The position numbers and the translations under genes are program-made. A model generated the notes under the pieces. The model saw only the letters and a program-made list of their open reading frames with translations, searched no databases and had not been told where the DNA came from. A stretch of 64,000 nt of DNA from Promethearchaeota archaeon (lineage in GTDB: Archaea; Asgardarchaeota; Lokiarchaeia; Sigyniarchaeales; SOKP01): positions 256,001 to 320,000 of the forward strand of contig JAUVNS010000001.1 of assembly GCA_030599585.1 (NCBI GenBank), written 5' to 3'. This document shows, in pieces, positions 58,429 through 64,000 of the stretch (position 1 is its first letter; the number at the start of each line of letters is the position of its first letter).

Positions 58429-61400
58429 TTAAGGTTGATTATATATCATTAAAATTCTCCATATAAATATACCGATCATTCCCAGGAAAAAGCTTACTTT
58501 ATACCATAGGTCTAATTGAGAACTGCGCTCATCTAGATCTGGATTAAGGACTATTGCTATAACTCCCGTGACTATACCAACAATTCCCAAAGATGCGCCA
58601 ATATCGCCAAAAAATTCCAAGGGATTTATGTTATTAATGTCTGTACCAATTATACCCAATAGCGGTCCTATAAGATCTAATACTAGCCCTCCAACAAAAA
58701 AAAACGCTATAAGGTTTTCAATTTGTTTAGGGATTTTTCCAGATAGCCCTCCGAATATCAAAGAAGATATAAAAAGCATACCAGCAACAATAAAACTACC
58801 CACAGCTAAACCGAAAAAGTATGAGTCGGGATCGGTCTGTGGAGTATCAAAAATCGCCGTTAAAAAGCCACAAATCAATGCAATTACACTAAAAGCAATC
58901 GCTACACGTATTAAGCGCATTGCTAATTTGTTTTGTGGAGTTGCTGGTTTCATCGCAAACGCACTTAAAGCATCAACATTCATCCCTATAGCAATTAAAT
59001 CAAATGCTAATAAAACTCCAGAACTAAATGACTCAAAATCAAATCCTTGGGGATATTCAACAATATCTAAACCTGATGGAGGTTGAATTAGTAATGAAGT
59101 CTTCGGAGTTTCGCCAGTTTGTTCATAGTCTGAGGATTCTGGGTTTGGATCTTCATTTGTTTCAAATGTTATAATGTCAATCACGGTATCTTCCATTGAA
59201 TCTGTATCGGTTTTAAAGAAATTACTAGATACCTCAAAACTCAAATCATTACAAATAATTGAAAAAGTTAGAGAGGGTATATATAAATCTAAAAATGATA
59301 CATAGTCTAATCCAATGGAATATCCAAAGTAAAAGTTGAAATAATCATTTTGTGCTGTAATTGAGTTTATCGATATCTGCGGTTCAATACCTAGGATATT
59401 GCTTAATAATAAAACGGCAGGTAATAATATTAAGATCATAGGGATCATTAGTATCAAAAGCAATGCAAACATTAGATAAATGAATACTAAAATAACTGCT
59501 TTAAGAATTGCTTCTACCGCAGCAAGAATAGTTTGTGTTATAGCTTCCATCAAATTCATTCCAATTTCCATTATCCACTCAAATAATGCTACGAAGAATT
59601 CTCCAATTGCTACTAAAACATCAATAATAAATTGGATTATCTCCACGATTATTTGAATAAAATTTTGCCACGGCGTTCTCGGCCACACCCCAACTTCGCT
59701 GTTTTGAAGGTCTCCCATATTTAATGGTATTAACTCTAGAATATCTGATGCTACACCTAAGCTTTCTGCGACGTAATCGTTAGTATATCCATAAATAATA
59801 CCTTCGGTCTCATTCGCACTCGTTACAGCAAGAAGCAGAAGATCATATGCGTCTTCAGCGTTTAGTGTTTTAGCGATAACGCATTCCACATTAGGACTGA
59901 TAGAATCCTTTAATTCTTCCCTATTGATTCCTGATACATTTGCACCTTTTATACAAGAGGGTACATCATACCATTTGGAGTCAGAGACAATACCAAATTC
60001 ATCTACGGATGTTTCAATAATTCTATGAAGTTTGCTATTAGTAAAAACTGATGTAGGAATCAATATTGCATTTATTCCTGCAACAAAGTAATCATTTGTT
60101 CCAGAATTAACATCTAACAACACTACAGTCATTTTTTCAATAGCGGAATAATGTCCATTATAGAATGTTCCATTTTCATATACAGCTACCGTGTTGACTC
60201 TTGGAATACCTTTAGTTTCAATACTTATATTAATAAAATTGCTACCACTATAGATAAATTTCTCTTGTGTGTTCATTTCACCGTCTTTCATGAAATCGTG
60301 ATTAATAACTCCATCTACATGAGGTAACCATCCTAATAAGTAAAACTTCCAAAGTTCGGCTTTAATACTTATATCGGTATCTCCATCATCTACATCAAAA
60401 TAGTATTCGTCGTCAAATTTTGCAATCGTATTAACAGATCCTATTGTAAATGGCTTTAAACCGGGATAAGGAACACAGAATCTCGTACAAATTGTATAAG
60501 ATCTCCATCTACACCTAAGTGCCCACCAGCATATTTTACCTAACCACGTACTTGCACATTTTTTAATCCAATAACAGTCCAACCAAGGAATAGTAATACA
60601 CGAAGTCCAACAATACCAGTAAATCCAAGGTAAATATACAATTATGGGTCTATTTCCATCACTAGCAACCTCAGTGGGTGTAGCTACCTCCCATTTATGT
60701 TCGGGATCAGCTTCAACCTCTAAGGTAACCTGTAAGGTCGGATTAAATATTTGAAAAATATCATCGTATTTTGCTGTGTTCACTCTTACCATTACAATAA
60801 GGTTGTGGAGTGGATCTGCGTCTGCCCAATCTTCAACACCGTCTCCGTCGGTATCTCTTGAATTAGGGTTCCAACCCATATCAATCTCATATTTATCATT
60901 GATAGTATCACCATCTGTGTCTCTCTTAGCAGGATTAGTAATCCATCCATTATTTTCTTCTGGATTTACTTCTACGCCATCTAAAATTCCATCGTTATCT
61001 GTGTCTGCAGCTCGAGGATTAAGATATTTTGTAAAAGCTAATGCGTATTCTTCTAGAAGACAATCCATGGAACTATGAATTTTCAGCTTCCATTCGCCAC
61101 CAAATGTTTTTCCACTGTTTTCCACAATTTGTTTTATGTCTGAAACATTTACATAATATCTCTGGTTTGACGCTTGCTTTTCAAATAATAATTCGCTTTG
61201 CAGAAATAATTGGATAGTTAGATCAACAGTATTTACTCCCTCACCAACAGATATAGAGGTTGTAAGCCCTGCTTGAATTATTCTCTTAGTTCTCTCAGTA
61301 GACAGGATAAATGTGTTCCAACCGGTTGATAATTTCTTTCTTTCTTTTATCTCTTTTGTAACTGAATATACTTCTTGCCCATCTAACAAAAGGTCACCAT

Positions 61401-64000
61401 CAGAGTCAGCAACTAAAGGAAGAGTAATGTACCCATCTTGACCGGGATAAACTTCTTCACTGTCTGATAAGCCATCTTCATCCGAATCTTTCTTATTGGG
61501 ATCAGTACCAATTTCTCTTTCTTTTGAATCAGATAATCCGTCACCATCTGCGTCTACTTTCCAGGGATACAAGTCTTCTAAATCATCAACTCCATCATTA
61601 TCACTATCTTTATTTCTGGGGTCCGTACCATTCACATATTCAGAGTAATCGCTCACTCCGTCAAAATCTGTGTCAAATTTCAGAGGATCTGAATCTACAG
61701 CAAAAATCTTTGTCACGTATACATCTGGGTAATTGACTGGATCTTCATAATAATCTATTGTTAGTTCCCAGCCAAATATTTCGCAACTATCAGTTAAATT
61801 GTCATTGTCGGTATCATTTGACAAAGGATCTGTCCCATAATAAAACTCACCCTTTATTCCATATTTATACCCATCAGGAAGGCCATCCGCATCAGTGTCT
61901 GCATTTAACGGATCTGTTCCATAAATATACTCTTCATACCAATCAGTTAGTAAATCACCGTCACAATCAGAATCATCTGGCGATGTACCCAACATTGCTT
62001 CAATTTCGTCAGTAATACCATCCCCATCGGAATCTAGGACAACTACAATCTCAAATTGAGCCATTCCTCTTTTGCCTACATCGTCATACGCTTCAACTAT
62101 ACACTTATATGTAGACGAGATTTCGTACTTAAAATTGATAGTTGAACTGTGTTCTGTAATTGAAGTTGTTCCATTAAATGTCCAATTATAGAATATATTA
62201 CTAGAATCCATGAAAGAATCGAGTGTATAGGCATTAAGTGATATTTCTCCTGGTGGACCGTATATGTATTTACTTGAAGTTGTTACAGTTGGAGTTATTC
62301 CCTCAATAATGAAATCTAAATCAATCGTGGTCGTGTCTCCGTCCATATCAGATACTGTTAAATTACCTGTGTAGTCTCCATCATTTAGACAAATAGACGG
62401 CTTGTTTCCGTATAAAATCTCTCCATTAACATCCCAAATAAAATCTAAGCCCCACTCATCTGCAATACTATCAAAGACTGCCATATCTAAGTTAATTACG
62501 GTTCCTTCCAGGCCTTCAAATCCGTAGGGCCCTTCTATAAGTGGAGGTTCATTGGTGACATTCATGATTATCATGGTGCTATTAAATACACCATTATCGT
62601 CAAAGACAAAAAGAGTCAAATTGTAAAATCCAGACTCTGCCCATACATGTCCCCTAAGAGAAGAATCGCATTGTTCGCCCCAGAAAGGAATAAAATCTAA
62701 GTCATAATAAGTGTAACCATCTCCAAAATCCCAGTAAAACCTAAGTTCATCTAGATCAGAGTCGGAATCACTAAACGACGAAGATTCATTTAGACGTACA
62801 TATTGATCTTCAAGAATATTTGGATAGATATTCTTAAGAGTTATTTCAGGGACGCGATTAAAGATTTCTATTAAAGTTCCAGTTTTAGATGTGGCATCAC
62901 CATCACTAGCAGTAATTGTTATAAGATATACCCCTTCATTTTCATAGGTGTGAAATATTTCAGCATCCCCAGAAGCAGTTTCCATAGGTGAACCATCGCC
63001 AAAATTCCATTCCACATTTAAAGTCGCATCGTTATCAAAATCGAATAAATCTGCAAACATCGGTACGATTTCATCCTCATATGAAGAACCATAGGCATAT
63101 ATAAAAGCGTCTGGTGCAAAGTTTATAAAATCAGTAGTGCCTTGAGTTGTATCAATTTTTACTGTTTTGGAGTCTTGTCCACCGTCGTCATCTTCAGCAT
63201 AAACTTCCAATATGTTTACAGCTTCAATGATGTTAATTACTTGTGCTCCATCTATATTAATCTGTTGATGCATTTCTAAGAAACTTAGATCAATAGGATA
63301 GAAGGTAAATTTTATTGGAATATTAGTCGGAAATTCATTTTCATAGTAGTCATCAATAGCTAATTTCTGAGTGAAGGTTAGATCTGAATAAATTTTACCA
63401 CTTTCATTGTACACATATGCCTCATATAAAATATGATTTGGATCATGAGGTATTGTAAGTGTTTTTGTATAAGGATACGAAATATCTGCAGCTCCAGGAA
63501 AGTCAATCTCAAGTAATAAATGCAGTTTAAAATCAGCTTCAACATGTATATCATCTTTGCTTGGATCGAATATTGACCCTTCAAAAGTAATCGGCATTTT
63601 ATACATATGATCTGCAAGTCTAGCGGTAAATTCATCAGGATCTAATTTCCATCCTGGCCAAAATTCACTGAATGAAGTACCAATTGAAAAACTGCTTCCA
63701 TCCAAAAATGAAAACACCAAATCTATGTAATAAACGCCAGGAAGAAGTTCATGAGTTCTATTGATTTTTATGACATAATCCTTAGACAAGTCAAATCGGA
63801 AAGGAATTGGTGGAGTCTCCATTCTATTTTCTCCCGATGGTTTGCCTACAAGGTAACCAACCTCAGTTTCTCCATCTCCAATAAATTCTACAGAAAAATT
63901 GCACACTTTTGGCGTTGGTGCTTTAATAAACGCTGTCACATTAACATCAATGTACGCCCAATTAAGGTTAATATGGGGTGGTACATTTTCAACGGTTATC
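58429..64000 (-). CDS. Giant surface protein (partial, more than 1850 aa): PKD domains, TSP3-like Ca-binding DxDxDG repeats, C2-like domain with a Cys/Trp hairpin, hydrophobic C-terminal helices
   Basis: WNFGDG/WDFGDG PKD motifs; many DSDGDG/DTDxDG repeats; frame remains open beyond 63939 to the window end (ITVENVPPHINLNWAYIDVNVT). Confidence 0.9.
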   Translation of the reverse strand, partial: ITVENVPPHINLNWAYIDVNVTAFIKAPTPKVCNFSVEFIGDGETEVGYLVGKPSGENRMETPPIPFRFDLSKDYVIKINRTHELLPGVYYIDLVFSFLDGSSFSIGTSFSEFWPGWKLDPDEFTARLADHMYKMPITFEGSIFDPSKDDIHVEADFKLHLLLEIDFPGAADISYPYTKTLTIPHDPNHILYEAYVYNESGKIYSDLTFTQKLAIDDYYENEFPTNIPIKFTFYPIDLSFLEMHQQINIDGAQVINIIEAVNILEVYAEDDDGGQDSKTVKIDTTQGTTDFINFAPDAFIYAYGSSYEDEIVPMFADLFDFDNDATLNVEWNFGDGSPMETASGDAEIFHTYENEGVYLITITASDGDATSKTGTLIEIFNRVPEITLKNIYPNILEDQYVRLNESSSFSDSDSDLDELRFYWDFGDGYTYYDLDFIPFWGEQCDSSLRGHVWAESGFYNLTLFVFDDNGVFNSTMIIMNVTNEPPLIEGPYGFEGLEGTVINLDMAVFDSIADEWGLDFIWDVNGEILYGNKPSICLNDGDYTGNLTVSDMDGDTTTIDLDFIIEGITPTVTTSSKYIYGPPGEISLNAYTLDSFMDSSNIFYNWTFNGTTSITEHSSTINFKYEISSTYKCIVEAYDDVGKRGMAQFEIVVVLDSDGDGITDEIEAMLGTSPDDSDCDGDLLTDWYEEYIYGTDPLNADTDADGLPDGYKYGIKGEFYYGTDPLSNDTDNDNLTDSCEIFGWELTIDYYEDPVNYPDVYVTKIFAVDSDPLKFDTDFDGVSDYSEYVNGTDPRNKDSDNDGVDDLEDLYPWKVDADGDGLSDSKEREIGTDPNKKDSDEDGLSDSEEVYPGQDGYITLPLVADSDGDLLLDGQEVYSVTKEIKERKKLSTGWNTFILSTERTKRIIQAGLTTSISVGEGVNTVDLTIQLFLQSELLFEKQASNQRYYVNVSDIKQIVENSGKTFGGEWKLKIHSSMDCLLEEYALAFTKYLNPRAADTDNDGILDGVEVNPEENNGWITNPAKRDTDGDTINDKYEIDMGWNPNSRDTDGDGVEDWADADPLHNLIVMVRVNTAKYDDIFQIFNPTLQVTLEVEADPEHKWEVATPTEVASDGNRPIIVYLPWIYWYCWTSCITIPWLDCYWIKKCASTWLGKICWWALRCRWRSYTICTRFCVPYPGLKPFTIGSVNTIAKFDDEYYFDVDDGDTDISIKAELWKFYLLGWLPHVDGVINHDFMKDGEMNTQEKFIYSGSNFINISIETKGIPRVNTVAVYENGTFYNGHYSAIEKMTVVLLDVNSGTNDYFVAGINAILIPTSVFTNSKLHRIIETSVDEFGIVSDSKWYDVPSCIKGANVSGINREELKDSISPNVECVIAKTLNAEDAYDLLLLAVTSANETEGIIYGYTNDYVAESLGVASDILELIPLNMGDLQNSEVGVWPRTPWQNFIQIIVEIIQFIIDVLVAIGEFFVALFEWIMEIGMNLMEAITQTILAAVEAILKAVILVFIYLMFALLLILMIPMILILLPAVLLLSNILGIEPQISINSITAQNDYFNFYFGYSIGLDYVSFLDLYIPSLTFSIICNDLSFEVSSNFFKTDTDSMEDTVIDIITFETNEDPNPESSDYEQTGETPKTSLLIQPPSGLDIVEYPQGFDFESFSSGVLLAFDLIAIGMNVDALSAFAMKPATPQNKLAMRLIRVAIAFSVIALICGFLTAIFDTPQTDPDSYFFGLAVGSFIVAGMLFISSLIFGGLSGKIPKQIENLIAFFFVGGLVLDLIGPLLGIIGTDINNINPLEFFGDIGASLGIVGIVTGVIAIVLNPDLDERSSQLDLWYKVSFFLGMIGIFIWRILMIYNQP

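Noticed and set aside
3113-63635. Numerous antisense or overlapping short ORFs in the track (for example 3113-3442, 13151-13660, 58568-59086, 60776-61078)
   Set aside because: They are shadows of well-supported genes on the other strand or frame, with no motifs.
1-64000. Provirus, transposon or integrative element call
   Set aside because: No integrase, transposase, terminase, capsid, att or terminal repeats were recognised in the window; kept only as an alternative hypothesis.

Overview
AT-rich archaeal DNA, most likely from an Asgard archaeon of the Lokiarchaeia/Promethearchaeota. This is inferred from TFB, RadA, FEN1, RPA, Alba, a Roadblock plus small GTPase pair, many NosD/PKD/FG-GAP surface proteins and a Loki-CTERM-like tail. 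I found no rRNA, tRNA, CRISPR array, integrase or transposase. Two gene populations are interleaved. (1) Ordinary low-CpG metabolic and cell-surface genes with canonical purine-rich BRE-TATA promoters. (2) A CpG-rich set: divergent paralogs of RadA, RadB, FEN1 and RPA, an MglB/MglA pair, an M50-like peptidase, a stand-alone topoisomerase-like zinc ribbon, a small pilin-like hairpin protein, two GNAT-like proteins, a B12 radical SAM enzyme and a secreted prenyltransferase-fold protein. Almost every transcription unit of set 2 is preceded by the same unusual motif, TTTTTC(C/T)TTTAWAWA, a TATA box with a pyrimidine run where the BRE should be (17 copies found by eye, 15 close matches and 2 variants, many in divergent intergenic regions). 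The window also encodes a TFB paralog whose BRE-recognition helix is rewritten. The best candidate for an undescribed system is therefore an alternative-TFB, sigma-factor-like regulon driving a DNA recombination/exchange or developmental programme in Asgard archaea; this is a hypothesis. The second highlight is a giant surface protein of more than 1850 aa at the right end. It carries a Trp-rich cationic hairpin with perfectly mirror-symmetric cysteine spacing (3-7-5-8-5-7-3), inserted in a C2-like domain.
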